64,000 bases of DNA from the IMG/VR virus record IMGVR_UViG_3300013947_000019, positions 96,001 through 160,000 of that record, one strand, 5' to 3'. The notes beneath the pieces are model-generated. The model searched no databases. It worked only from the letters and a program-made list of their open reading frames with translations, and had not been told where the DNA came from. The DNA comes from a virus. Its lineage: Duplodnaviria > Caudoviricetes. The first letter of the stretch is position 1. Each line of letters starts with the position of its first letter. The position numbers and the translations under genes are program-made. This document shows, one piece after another, positions 51,295 through 61,167 of the stretch.

Positions 51295-52368
51295 TTACGT
51301 TAATTGAAGAGTTATACACACATGCGGGCGAAACCCACCGCTAGAGCTAGGGCGGTTGTAGTCGATCGTACCATCACTGATCACACCGTAAACATAGCTG
51401 CTACCGTAAGGAGACGATGTCCACCAATACTTAGCTGAACCATTTAAATTACAAATTCTGTTAGTATTACTATTGTAATAACTAAATCCTCCATTAACCT
51501 GTTCATATGAAGGAATAAATACTTTATTAGTAACATTATTAACTGTAACATCATTACAGTATTCCAATGCAGTAGCAGACAAATTAGAACTTTGCCAACT
51601 CACACATTTATTAGCTAAAGTGGAACCCTTATATGTATTATTACTACCAAAAGAAGTAGTTTCTGTCATTTCAGCTAATCCTAAATACCAATGTGTACCT
51701 TCCTGATGAACAACTCTCCATTCTTTATTGTCAAAGGTGACTATATTACCGACCGCAACAGTTCCACTAATAGGAATAAATACAAGTTCGACAAAATAGT
51801 CATTGGTATCTTCCGTTACTGTAACTTGTTTACTATCAGTTTTTCCGTTAAATGTACCAGATATGGTCCAAGTACCAGTATAATCGCTTCCAGGTAATTC
51901 AATTTTTGCTTTTCCTAAGGAACTGACATACGAACTATATACAGTAATACTACCTTTTGTTGCACTAAAAGTTGTATTATATGCAACACTTGGAACAGTA
52001 ACCCATATACTTTTACCAGATCCAGTAGATACTACAATTGAATCAATATTAGATGCCATTGTTTCAAATGATGCATCAGATGCTGTAGGAACACCTTTAC
52101 CGGTAATAGAGGTAGCTATCATTCTCTTACCATAAAGAATTAATTCATTAGCATTCATATCGTAATCAGTCAGCTCCTCTTTTGTTACAAATTTTTCCAT
52201 TTGTGTATTTACATTTTGAAAACTAATATCTACTGCATCTAATTTAGTTTTTACAGTTGTTTCATCAGTTTCTGATAATGATACATTATCAGCATCTGTT
52301 TTTAAATGAATTTCATCATAAGTGCCACTATCATTTTTACGATTAAGTTTCTGTTTTAAAATAGCCAT
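51295..52368 (-). CDS. DGR target: tail-fibre/receptor-binding-like protein with C-terminal CLec (DUF6273-like) domain
   Basis: VGNIVTF..EWRVV..WWTSSP..GFRP; VR at the 3' end. Confidence 0.85.
   Translation of the reverse strand: MAILKQKLNRKNDSGTYDEIHLKTDADNVSLSETDETTVKTKLDAVDISFQNVNTQMEKFVTKEELTDYDMNANELILYGKRMIATSITGKGVPTASDASFETMASNIDSIVVSTGSGKSIWVTVPSVAYNTTFSATKGSITVYSSYVSSLGKAKIELPGSDYTGTWTISGTFNGKTDSKQVTVTEDTNDYFVELVFIPISGTVAVGNIVTFDNKEWRVVHQEGTHWYLGLAEMTETTSFGSNNTYKGSTLANKCVSWQSSNLSATALEYCNDVTVNNVTNKVFIPSYEQVNGGFSYYNSNTNRICNLNGSAKYWWTSSPYGSSYVYGVISDGTIDYNRPSSSGGFRPHVCITLQLT
51325..51417 (-). repeat. DGR variable repeat (VR)
   Basis: Encodes SSPYGSSYVYGVISDGTIDYNRPSSSGGFRP; TR would encode SSPNSSSNVYNVNSDGTINNNNPSNSNGFRP. 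Confidence 0.97.
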
Positions 52369-52416
52369 AATATTGTTTTAAACTCCTTTCTTATTATAAA
52401 AAGATGAATGTTAAAA

Positions 52417-52456
52417 TAGGCCCAACTTCAGAAATCCGGGTCTAGGTCAAATAAAG
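52417..52456 (-). repeat. Conserved upstream element, copy 1
   Basis: tcagaaatc-N5-ctaggtcaaataaag (+ strand), also at 59152-59180. Confidence 0.75.
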
Positions 52457-52506
52457 AAAAAAAAAGAAAATATAGGGAGGAGCCGAAGCCCCTCCCTATT
52501 ATTTAT

Positions 52507-54159
52507 TTAATTTTCTTTTGTTTCAACCATTGTATTAATTCTGTTTACAGGAAATCCTGCAGCACCAGGATGACCGCCACCACCATTCAATACAGCAACA
52601 TCATAACAGTTGATATTGTTTGTATTATTGGGATTAACAGTCAGTTGGCAGATCATTTTCCCTTCATCATTTGGTTGGAAGATCATACTCATATCAATAT
52701 GCCTTCCCTGTGCATCCATATTCTTCATTGCCAACTTAGCAAAAGTATGAACATTTACTTCCTCAGGAAGCTTATTACGATGAACCTGATAAAGGATATG
52801 ATAATTCTTATCCTCAGGGAAATCTACCAGCATAGTAGCGGGTTCACCCGCAGTATCATATCCCATAAAGATATAATTCTTATGCGGTTTAGTTTCATCA
52901 ATAAGTTCTTCGCAGTAAGAGTGCAGAAAACCGGTATACTCGACATTCATACTATAGATCATCTGTACGACATTATTGACAAAAGAATATACAATATTGG
53001 GCTGCTCAACAAACTGTCTAATTTCTTTTTCTACACTATTATCTATCAAATTCTTAGATCCACAGATCGGACATCTGATATATTCTGTATCTGTAGCATA
53101 ATCATATATTCTCTGGGGAATGATTTGTCCACAGTTAATACATGTATGTGTATTATGATCCTCCATCTGTGAATCAGTATAATATATCTGAAGGATAATA
53201 GCTTCGAAAACATTCTCAATAAAATATCGATACGCAACACCAGGATCTAGCTTTTTGACATGTCGATACAGTTCAGCGTTCAGAATAATCTGAGGACTTA
53301 CATGTTGAATAATAGCCTTAATATAATCGATTTTGGGACTATTCGCCAATTCATCCAGATCAATAAGGAAATTGCCCTGTCGTCCAAGATCATATTCATT
53401 TACGTAGTAGAAATAATCTTTTACGATAGAACTATCCGACAGCCTGTCACATATATTTTTGTCTGTCCAATCGATCTTATTGGCCAGAATGAACCACAAC
53501 ATGCTAGCACAATAGCTGTTACAGATGAACATATCGACAGAAACATGCGAATTATATTTATTGGTAAATTCCTGATGGGCTGTAGTCGCAGTAACAGCGA
53601 TATCATTCTTAGGTTTGAACTCAAAGCTACCACAGCTCAGCTTATATGGATCATCACCAAGGCTAAATCTATTATAATAATCTACAGAAGATTCAGCAGG
53701 TGCAAATGGAGAGGTATCAATCTTCGTATACTTAGACTGATGATGATCAATGACGATAAAATGAATATTCTTTGGATTAAATTCACAGTACTCATCTGAG
53801 CATAGAAGAGAGTTTTCTGCGATATCATTCAATTTCTCGATTTCGATAGAACCAAAATCAGTAATCAGAATCCAGAGATCTTCGATTTTAGTTTTATACA
53901 TTTTTTGCATGCGTACCCATTTCTGGATAGTACTGTTAATGACATCATACAGCTCAGGAACCATCTTGGATGTATACACAGTATCAACATACTGTGTTCT
54001 GATGATACGTTCAGGACCAAGGTGATCTACCAAAGCGCAGGATACTCCATCCAGATCAGTATGTGTAATATGGATGAAGTTTCGATAATACTCTTTTTCA
54101 ACACCTTTCTTCATGTCTCGCAGGGAATTTACAAAGCGAATAGAATTGACAATAGACAT
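52507..54159 (-). CDS. DHH-family phosphoesterase with zinc-ribbon insert
   Basis: HTDLDG, ITDFG, IDHH, GGGHPGAAG; CINC...CPIC insertion. Confidence 0.85.
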   Translation of the reverse strand: MSIVNSIRFVNSLRDMKKGVEKEYYRNFIHITHTDLDGVSCALVDHLGPERIIRTQYVDTVYTSKMVPELYDVINSTIQKWVRMQKMYKTKIEDLWILITDFGSIEIEKLNDIAENSLLCSDEYCEFNPKNIHFIVIDHHQSKYTKIDTSPFAPAESSVDYYNRFSLGDDPYKLSCGSFEFKPKNDIAVTATTAHQEFTNKYNSHVSVDMFICNSYCASMLWFILANKIDWTDKNICDRLSDSSIVKDYFYYVNEYDLGRQGNFLIDLDELANSPKIDYIKAIIQHVSPQIILNAELYRHVKKLDPGVAYRYFIENVFEAIILQIYYTDSQMEDHNTHTCINCGQIIPQRIYDYATDTEYIRCPICGSKNLIDNSVEKEIRQFVEQPNIVYSFVNNVVQMIYSMNVEYTGFLHSYCEELIDETKPHKNYIFMGYDTAGEPATMLVDFPEDKNYHILYQVHRNKLPEEVNVHTFAKLAMKNMDAQGRHIDMSMIFQPNDEGKMICQLTVNPNNTNNINCYDVAVLNGGGGHPGAAGFPVNRINTMVETKEN

Positions 54160-54270
54160 AATATTATTCTCCTTTTAAAGTATTTTTATGGAAAAGAAAG
54201 TAGACAGGAGATTTAATTTCTCCTGTCTACTATTATAATATATACTTCAAATATTGTTCAAAAATGGAAC

Positions 54271-54792
54271 TCAGTTTAATCCCTTGGTAATATCATCGAG
54301 TACCAGATCACCCTCATCGGGACCCTGTACATCATCGGCATCATCTACCAAAGGAATGTTGCCCATCTCATTGGTATCCATCTGAGCAGGGAATCCACGA
54401 GATGCCCAGACATCCAGGAAATGCAGCTCATCGATATAAGATGTCAGAACCACTTCATCCTGATAATAGGGATAGCAAGCACGACGAGTACCAGTATGGC
54501 CCATGCTAGCACCATAGAAGATAAACTCCTTCAGGATATTCTCACAGCAAGGCAGATACAGAGTACTGGTAGTATCATACTTACCGCTCTTGATAGCAAG
54601 CTCCTGAGGAACCAGCATCTCATACTGAGAAACGGTACCAAGAGTCTGATGGCGCATCTGAACCTTCAGATCCAAACTACGACGCAGACAGGCACTAGCC
54701 TCTTCGATAAACTTCAAACCAGCCAAAGGTTTCTCACTCTTAATCAGAAACTTATCAGGCGTTTCCGGAATAAGAATAAGTTTAAACTCCAT
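54271..54792 (-). CDS. Hypothetical protein
   Basis: 173-aa ORF with RBS. Confidence 0.6.
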   Translation of the reverse strand: MEFKLILIPETPDKFLIKSEKPLAGLKFIEEASACLRRSLDLKVQMRHQTLGTVSQYEMLVPQELAIKSGKYDTTSTLYLPCCENILKEFIFYGASMGHTGTRRACYPYYQDEVVLTSYIDELHFLDVWASRGFPAQMDTNEMGNIPLVDDADDVQGPDEGDLVLDDITKGLN

Positions 54793-54866
54793 AAATTCAC
54801 CCCATTCCTATAGGAAAGTATTGGAAAGAAATAATCATTACCCTTATATGTATGTCCAATGTTAAA

Positions 54867-55094
54867 TCAGTCATACTTACTAGATGGTCCTTGTGCAGCT
54901 AAGAAGTTGCGCATTAATTTATCTATAATACGACCTTCTGAAGTATTACAAGCAATTGCCATCTGTGTAATATGATAAGCAGTTTGCGATGTTACATGAT
55001 AATTCTTTCTGATGATCCTAGGTTTATGTGGATCGAAAGTAGTATCTGAACCCTGCTTATTGGTAGGTTTATGATTATGGGGTTTCGTTTTCAT
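54867..55094 (-). CDS. Ribbon-helix-helix-like small protein
   Basis: RKNYHVT strand followed by two helices (SEGRIIDKLMRNFL). Confidence 0.5.
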   Translation of the reverse strand: MKTKPHNHKPTNKQGSDTTFDPHKPRIIRKNYHVTSQTAYHITQMAIACNTSEGRIIDKLMRNFLAAQGPSSKYD

Positions 55095-55142
55095 ATCAAC
55101 AAATCTCCTTGTCCGATATGATACTCGAAGATGAATTAATTA

Positions 55143-55796
55143 TTACTCTTCAGAATCGTTAATAGGCTCATCTTCGAAAGTAGTAGCACTAGACTGGGCA
55201 GCCTTTTCAGCAGCCTCAGCTGCAGCAGCTCTACGAGCAGCACGACGTTCAGCCTTAGTCATCCCAGCATAGGGATTGGGAGTAGACTCAGTTTTAACTT
55301 CAACGGTTTCTGTATCAACGACAGGAGTCTCAGTCTCTGGAATTTCATCCACGGGATCAGCAATAGGAGCAACCTCCTCTTCCTTGATCTCAGTATTTGT
55401 ATTATCTTCAGTAGTCTCCACCACCGAGTTTTCAGGCTCTTCAACAACCGGGGAACTCGGAACCACAACAGGATCAGTTACTACAGGAGTAACAGGAATG
55501 GGCTCTTTCATAACAATCGTCTTTCCTTCGTCAGCAGGATCCATACCAGCAATCTCTTCATAAGAGAGACGATAGTTCTCAAGAGTCAAACGAACAGGAT
55601 CACTAAAGACCTTGGGTTTGTCAGTCGGAATAACCTCATATACAGTAACCTTCTCACGACCGGTCTGCTGCAGCAGACCTCCAATTACATCAATTGGAGT
55701 ACGAGTAGGCTGAGTCAGAGGACCATGTTCCGGACCGAAACAACTATGCATAGCATACAGGGGAGCATATTCCGGAATCAGAATATATTTGGTCAT
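55143..55796 (-). CDS. Hypothetical protein with acidic P/E/T/V-rich tail
   Basis: Low-complexity C-terminal half. Confidence 0.6.
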   Translation of the reverse strand: MTKYILIPEYAPLYAMHSCFGPEHGPLTQPTRTPIDVIGGLLQQTGREKVTVYEVIPTDKPKVFSDPVRLTLENYRLSYEEIAGMDPADEGKTIVMKEPIPVTPVVTDPVVVPSSPVVEEPENSVVETTEDNTNTEIKEEEVAPIADPVDEIPETETPVVDTETVEVKTESTPNPYAGMTKAERRAARRAAAAEAAEKAAQSSATTFEDEPINDSEE

Positions 55797-55898
55797 GTTG
55801 TTTTCACCTCATACATATTAGAGTTTATAAACCATATCCTGGATCTCATTACAAGACCCAGGATATTAATGGTTATTCAAGTTTCTTGTATTAGAAAA

Positions 55899-56501
55899 TT
55901 ACTTATCTTCCTTCTTATCAGGCATATTATCAACTTTCTCCTTGAGTTTTTCGATTTCCTTAGTCATCTTATCATAACCAGCTAAGATTTGTGCACGAGA
56001 ATAGCCAGCACCACGAGCAATACCAAACATCAACTCAAGGAAAGCATTCTTCTTACGTTCAGGATGTTTATTAGAATACTGAGCACCCTTATCCACCTGA
56101 TTTCTAAGAGTGAGCCAGTTGGAAATGAAACCAACCCGGTATGCAATAATACCGAAATAAGGAATAATGGACATGACCATACTGATTACAATATGCTCAA
56201 GGAATCCATCATCTTCAATTTCTTCAGCTTCTTTGCGACCCTTTTTAATAAGTTCTAATGCTTTATCCAAATGCTTTTTAGCATTTTTCTTATCGCCATC
56301 TTTAATAGCAGAAGAAGCAGCCTTAGCCTCATCACGAACATCTTTTGCAGTACCCATCAGTGCATGTTTAATGGACTGAAATGCACCCTTATTGACTTCA
56401 TTCATAACATCAGCACACTCGAGCATAGCAGTGCCACCAAACATACGTACAGCTTCAACATCACAGCCCTCAGAAATAGCTCTCAGATCAACAAGTTCCA
56501 T
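55899..56501 (-). CDS. Probable virion protein
   Basis: ISEG, MLEC and MNEV sites plus a hydrophobic helix. Confidence 0.5.
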   Translation of the reverse strand: MELVDLRAISEGCDVEAVRMFGGTAMLECADVMNEVNKGAFQSIKHALMGTAKDVRDEAKAASSAIKDGDKKNAKKHLDKALELIKKGRKEAEEIEDDGFLEHIVISMVMSIIPYFGIIAYRVGFISNWLTLRNQVDKGAQYSNKHPERKKNAFLELMFGIARGAGYSRAQILAGYDKMTKEIEKLKEKVDNMPDKKEDK

Positions 56502-56520
56502 ATTATTTTACCCCATTTCT

Positions 56521-56952
56521 TTACATATTTTCAAGATCTTCCATCATTTCGCAAGACAGATCCAGACCCTCATCACTCATAAAGCGAGGCTGATCCTTCA
56601 CACCATCACGAATATCCTTATTCGGATGACCAATCTTCTCATCATCATACCAAGGACCCTTACAAGCCTCAGTAATCACAACATTAATCTCATTCTCCTC
56701 GGAATCATCATCCAGCATCTCATCGATCGTCTCATCATCGATACCATCGCCGATGATCTTATCAAGAGCACTGTCGACTTTATTCATGACCTCAGGAGGA
56801 ATGGAATCCACATCGATCTCGGCATCCAGATCATCTTCATCTTCCGGATCCAGATACTCTTCCTCAGCATTCAGCACGGATTCCAGGATCAATTCATTCT
56901 CCTGCTCTTCACGCTTAGCCTTGTTAAAAGCTTCATTCAAGCCTTGCAGCAT
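56521..56952 (-). CDS. Very acidic protein, possibly head scaffold-like
   Basis: LNEA, ILES and ITEA sites; AACA-N6-TA at 56984. Confidence 0.5.
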   Translation of the reverse strand: MLQGLNEAFNKAKREEQENELILESVLNAEEEYLDPEDEDDLDAEIDVDSIPPEVMNKVDSALDKIIGDGIDDETIDEMLDDDSEENEINVVITEACKGPWYDDEKIGHPNKDIRDGVKDQPRFMSDEGLDLSCEMMEDLENM

Positions 56953-57002
56953 TATGTCATACCACCTTTCTATAGTGTCGTATTATATGTTTGTTCTCAT
57001 GT

Positions 57003-58319
57003 TTATTTCTGAAGCCCCTGAATATACTTCTTATATGCACCTAAAATAATAGGAATCAAGAAATAGTTTTCACAAGTCTTCTTATCTTCAACGACCAGGT
57101 TTTCCCAGTCGATATCTTCTTTATTCCACCAAGCAATGATTGCATTTCTTAAATGGGGGTTATAATCACTTTTAACCTCTTCACCGTTGATATATTCACA
57201 TCCAGTGCATTGGCAGTTCATCTTTTCGTCAAACCATTCGGTTTCATACTTGTCATTATTCACAATCCGCTGCATGAATTCATCATCCCATTCAGGGCAC
57301 GTCGTACACATCAGATTGCAATCACAAGTAGTACCATAGTTTTCAAAGTAGATTAAATGCTTACCTTTCCATTTACCAATTCGAGGATCCATACTATAAG
57401 ATTGTGGATATTTAAACTCATCAATCTTATTCTTATGATCCTGCGAGTATAACCGATACAGAATTGATCTGCGATAGGTATAATCATCGATATAAATATC
57501 GGGACAACTCATATAGATTGGTTGGATATTCATCTTATAGTTATTGATTGCATAGAAGATCAAGCTATCATAAATAACAATACCTTCATCAAACATCATT
57601 TTCCATAAGGTAATATCCAGGAAAGCATATGTAGCATCAGTTTCTTTATCATATATTCCGTCATAGATAAATGCAGAACGAGTACGATCATAGAAAAGCA
57701 TACGATACATATCTGCCAGGTTCACATAGTTCTTGACATGATCTTGAATTTGGAAATAAGATTCTTTCTTGATCACTAAGTTCTTATCAGCACCCAGAGC
57801 AGACACTGTCATCATATAATTATCTTTTACTTGTTTCTTAAGTAAAGCAATTTGATTAACATCTCGACTAAATAATCTGAAAGAAACTTCTACAAAGGGA
57901 TTACTCCGTGCAGTCGTCATGGTTACCCCATCTACAATATATAAAGCAGGAACTTGTGACCCATTAATGGTAAACATATCTCCTTCTTTAGGTACAATTG
58001 TATTTGGGAAAATAATACCCTGACTCTGCAGGTTTTCCTCATGACCAAGCTCTTCATCAAACTCAGACTGTGTTACCAGATTATCGATACCCGACATAGG
58101 AAGGTTTTCAATCTCATTATATACAAGATTAGAAGTCGGTCCAATATAATCTTCAATATTACGGAATCCACCAATGGTAGTGGATAGATCTGCATCTACC
58201 GAGAAGTAGTCTACAAAAAGTTGTGGTGTCTGTAATACGGTTGCAGCATTGGATAATTCATTGGCAATATAATTATCCGACTGCCGTTGAATGATATCCT
58301 GCTGACTGATAATTTTCAT
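57003..58319 (-). CDS. Probable virion structural protein
   Basis: 438 aa; late-type motif at 58369; strong RBS. Confidence 0.45.
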   Translation of the reverse strand: MKIISQQDIIQRQSDNYIANELSNAATVLQTPQLFVDYFSVDADLSTTIGGFRNIEDYIGPTSNLVYNEIENLPMSGIDNLVTQSEFDEELGHEENLQSQGIIFPNTIVPKEGDMFTINGSQVPALYIVDGVTMTTARSNPFVEVSFRLFSRDVNQIALLKKQVKDNYMMTVSALGADKNLVIKKESYFQIQDHVKNYVNLADMYRMLFYDRTRSAFIYDGIYDKETDATYAFLDITLWKMMFDEGIVIYDSLIFYAINNYKMNIQPIYMSCPDIYIDDYTYRRSILYRLYSQDHKNKIDEFKYPQSYSMDPRIGKWKGKHLIYFENYGTTCDCNLMCTTCPEWDDEFMQRIVNNDKYETEWFDEKMNCQCTGCEYINGEEVKSDYNPHLRNAIIAWWNKEDIDWENLVVEDKKTCENYFLIPIILGAYKKYIQGLQK

Positions 58320-58441
58320 AGACTATTTCACCTCCTATTTTTACCGGATTTTCTCGGATATCTCTTTATATAGTAATGTTTTCTGTATCCTTTAGTATAA
58401 AAGATCCCTCTCCTGAGAAAGGAGAGGGAAGATTTATTTTA

Positions 58442-59137
58442 TTAAGAGAATGTAATTTCATTAGTAGAATAATCAAAATAAAAAGTAATTGAATATACAT
58501 TATCATTTATCATAGTAAATCCTAAATCTTTAGTATTACCCACACCAACATCAATTGTAGCTAGGTTTTCATAAAATAATAAATCATTTTTAAATACCAT
58601 TTTAGATATATTTAATGTTAATTTATGATAATTGGTATTTGCTGATACATATACTTTACTATACCCAGAACCAGTAATATTATTTATTGAATACGATCTA
58701 TCAGTTGATAGGTTTGTACCAGCTGTGTATATAGTATTACCGTTTATTACCGGTAATGTGGCAATACTATTTTTAAGCAATGCTCCATTAACAGAATTTA
58801 AATTTATAACTGGTAAGCTACTAATATTTCTTATATTATCAGCCATAGTTTGGAAAGTCGCCGAACTGGCAGTGCTAACACCCTTGTCAGTAATCGCACT
58901 AGCTATAAGCGACTTTCCATTACTGACAGATATTTTTACCTCATTTAATTGTGCAGTAGTAGCATAGCTACCTACTGGTTGATATACACCACTATGATTG
59001 TGGTTAGCAGCAGCGTATGAACCAGCAGGTTGGTATATTCCATTATGGTTATGATTGGCTGCTGCATAGTTTGATGGATTGATAGATCTAGATGTACCAT
59101 CATTTCCTTTATATATTAAACTCGTCTGGCCAGTCAC
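58442..59137 (-). CDS. Tail-fibre-like protein or 5'-truncated fragment
   Basis: Two YAAANHNHxGxYQPxGS repeats; shares a segment with the DGR target; GTG start without an evident RBS. Confidence 0.6.
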   Translation of the reverse strand: MTGQTSLIYKGNDGTSRSINPSNYAAANHNHNGIYQPAGSYAAANHNHSGVYQPVGSYATTAQLNEVKISVSNGKSLIASAITDKGVSTASSATFQTMADNIRNISSLPVINLNSVNGALLKNSIATLPVINGNTIYTAGTNLSTDRSYSINNITGSGYSKVYVSANTNYHKLTLNISKMVFKNDLLFYENLATIDVGVGNTKDLGFTMINDNVYSITFYFDYSTNEITFS

Positions 59138-59140
59138 GAG

Positions 59141-59180
59141 CTGGCCGGAACTCAGAAATCACGGCCTAGGTCAAATAAAG
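59141..59180 (-). repeat. Conserved upstream element, copy 2
   Basis: Matches 52417-52456. Confidence 0.75.
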
Positions 59181-59229
59181 GAAAAAAAAAAGAATACTCC
59201 CGAGGATCAACCCCCGGGAGTATCTTTTC

Positions 59230-60273
59230 TTATACCAATGTGACTGTATCCATCTTAATATCTTCAGCAGCATGACCAAAGTCTTCCGCTTTTGTATTAT
59301 AATGAATATACACGTGAATTAAATTCATATGAGTTTCCAGATCTTTTACTAGTTTCTCATACTTGCTTACTTTAACTTCACTATCAGACCATATATGCAA
59401 CTCGACATCCAATAATCCCCACTGTTTTACGATATGTTGGATTGTATTCTTATATTCAGAACCACAGTTGGCTAACCAGAGAATATTCTGTTTATCTTTC
59501 TGATCTTTATAGATCTTTCCACAATGCAGATATGCTCCTAATATACTGAATGCACCTTCTGCTACATTAATAATAGCCGGTTTTGGATTCAGTATATCTA
59601 TTGTGGAAGGAATACCATAAATCTTTGTATCATTAGGATCAGGTTTACCGCTAGCTCGATATTGCGTATATCGTTTACCAGTCTTTTGATTTTTAGATAC
59701 ATCACGAAGAATTAGATAATCAGAATATAAACTGACAAATCCGATCGTATAACTATTCAGAGTATCACAATAGTTTTCATTGAATGCAAGTCGTTGAATA
59801 TTATTGATTGATAGAAAGTCATATAAACTTAATTGGATCTTTAAATCTCGAAGTTGGTATGGTTCAAGATTTACTCCAAGGCGTTTATTGATATAAGCAA
59901 GTTTTCGACGGTTTACGTTGGTATCCAGATTAACTAGTTCATAGTCTCTTTTCTTTCTTGCTATAAACTTTTTATCTGATTTAAGATTGATCGTTTTATT
60001 GTAGTTTTCAAGTTCTAATAAAGTTTCAGCATCTCTACACCCAGCTGCTTCCAGATCTTTTGGTTTCAGGAATCCTTTAGCTCCACAAGACATTCTGAAA
60101 CAGCAGAACTTAATAGGTTCTCCAATATCTGGATCAATCTTGATACTCATGGATCCACCACCGTCTTTGTATCCTCCACAGATCCAACATTCACAGGTGG
60201 CTTGTTGACCATCACTGGATTCTACAAATTTAGGTAATGATCGAAGAAACTCCTTCGTCAATTCCAGGCTCAT
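59230..60273 (-). CDS. DNA primase (zinc finger plus TOPRIM)
   Basis: CWIC...CFRMSC, NVAEGAFS, IWSDSE, EDFG. Confidence 0.8.
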   Translation of the reverse strand: MSLELTKEFLRSLPKFVESSDGQQATCECWICGGYKDGGGSMSIKIDPDIGEPIKFCCFRMSCGAKGFLKPKDLEAAGCRDAETLLELENYNKTINLKSDKKFIARKKRDYELVNLDTNVNRRKLAYINKRLGVNLEPYQLRDLKIQLSLYDFLSINNIQRLAFNENYCDTLNSYTIGFVSLYSDYLILRDVSKNQKTGKRYTQYRASGKPDPNDTKIYGIPSTIDILNPKPAIINVAEGAFSILGAYLHCGKIYKDQKDKQNILWLANCGSEYKNTIQHIVKQWGLLDVELHIWSDSEVKVSKYEKLVKDLETHMNLIHVYIHYNTKAEDFGHAAEDIKMDTVTLV

Positions 60274-60847
60274 GATTACTTACTCCTTTATTAAACTTCT
60301 TCTCTCGTTCCTCTGCTTCTCTTATCAGTTTATCAATCTGTTCCTGACCTTCTCTTTTGATACGATCAGTATATGTCTTGATATCTTCTTCAGTAATAGA
60401 TCGAAGAAATTGTAAAGTTTCAGTATCACTATTTAGTTTTTCTCGTCTGTTCTTCTCTTGTTTAACTTTCAATCTCCAAAATCGATATTTAATACAATCC
60501 CAACAGCTGAAAGCTAATTCAATATCCTTATCAGTATATTTATAATACTTATCAGTAACCGGATCGTATTCTGCATCAGTCATATCACCTGTAGCATTCC
60601 TACATCTTATTCCACCGCTCGATATAACTGGAATTACTTCATATCTTTCTCTAATGTTTCTATATACCGAAGCAGAATATAATTTCCAGCTATCTGGATT
60701 AATTGCATATATCTTCTTAAAAGACTTCAACGGAATTTTAGTAATATTTCTACAACTATCTCTCCAGGAATTTATATTAATAATGATAATAGCAATCAGC
60801 GGAGATAGAAGCATTAATATTATAAAAAGTGTATTATCGTTTCCCAT
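60230..60847 (-). CDS. Membrane-anchored hypothetical protein
   Basis: N-terminal hydrophobic helix. Confidence 0.55.
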   Translation of the reverse strand: MGNDNTLFIILMLLSPLIAIIIININSWRDSCRNITKIPLKSFKKIYAINPDSWKLYSASVYRNIRERYEVIPVISSGGIRCRNATGDMTDAEYDPVTDKYYKYTDKDIELAFSCWDCIKYRFWRLKVKQEKNRREKLNSDTETLQFLRSITEEDIKTYTDRIKREGQEQIDKLIREAEEREKKFNKGVSNHEPGIDEGVSSIIT

Positions 60848-60849
60848 AT

Positions 60850-61167
60850 TTAATTCATCTCCATATGATCAAATAGATTTTCGAGTCGGTAGCCAGATTT
60901 CGGATTATACATTGTAATCGTACCTCGTGTACTAGTTATATCTGATTTTTCAGAATAATTTGCATTAGTTGTGATAGTACAGTTAGTATCACCACAATAA
61001 TCATTAGATAATGCTAGATAAAATGAGGCACTCAGAATTGCCAATTTCTTTGCTTTCTCAAGACTATAACTATCATCGCCACTATCGCAAATCTCCATTA
61101 TCTTTCTCTGGATTTCTTGTACTTCAGCTTCATCTATAGGAGTTTTAAACCGATCAAATAATCCCAT
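60850..61167 (-). CDS. Small hypothetical protein
   Basis: RBS ggagg. Confidence 0.55.
   Translation of the reverse strand: MGLFDRFKTPIDEAEVQEIQRKIMEICDSGDDSYSLEKAKKLAILSASFYLALSNDYCGDTNCTITTNANYSEKSDITSTRGTITMYNPKSGYRLENLFDHMEMN

Noticed and set aside
52417-52456. Conserved element as a sigma70 promoter (TTGACC) or an IS200/IS605 end (..GTCAA)
   Set aside because: No -10 box at the proper spacing and no transposase or TnpB in the window. An IS-end origin is not fully excluded.
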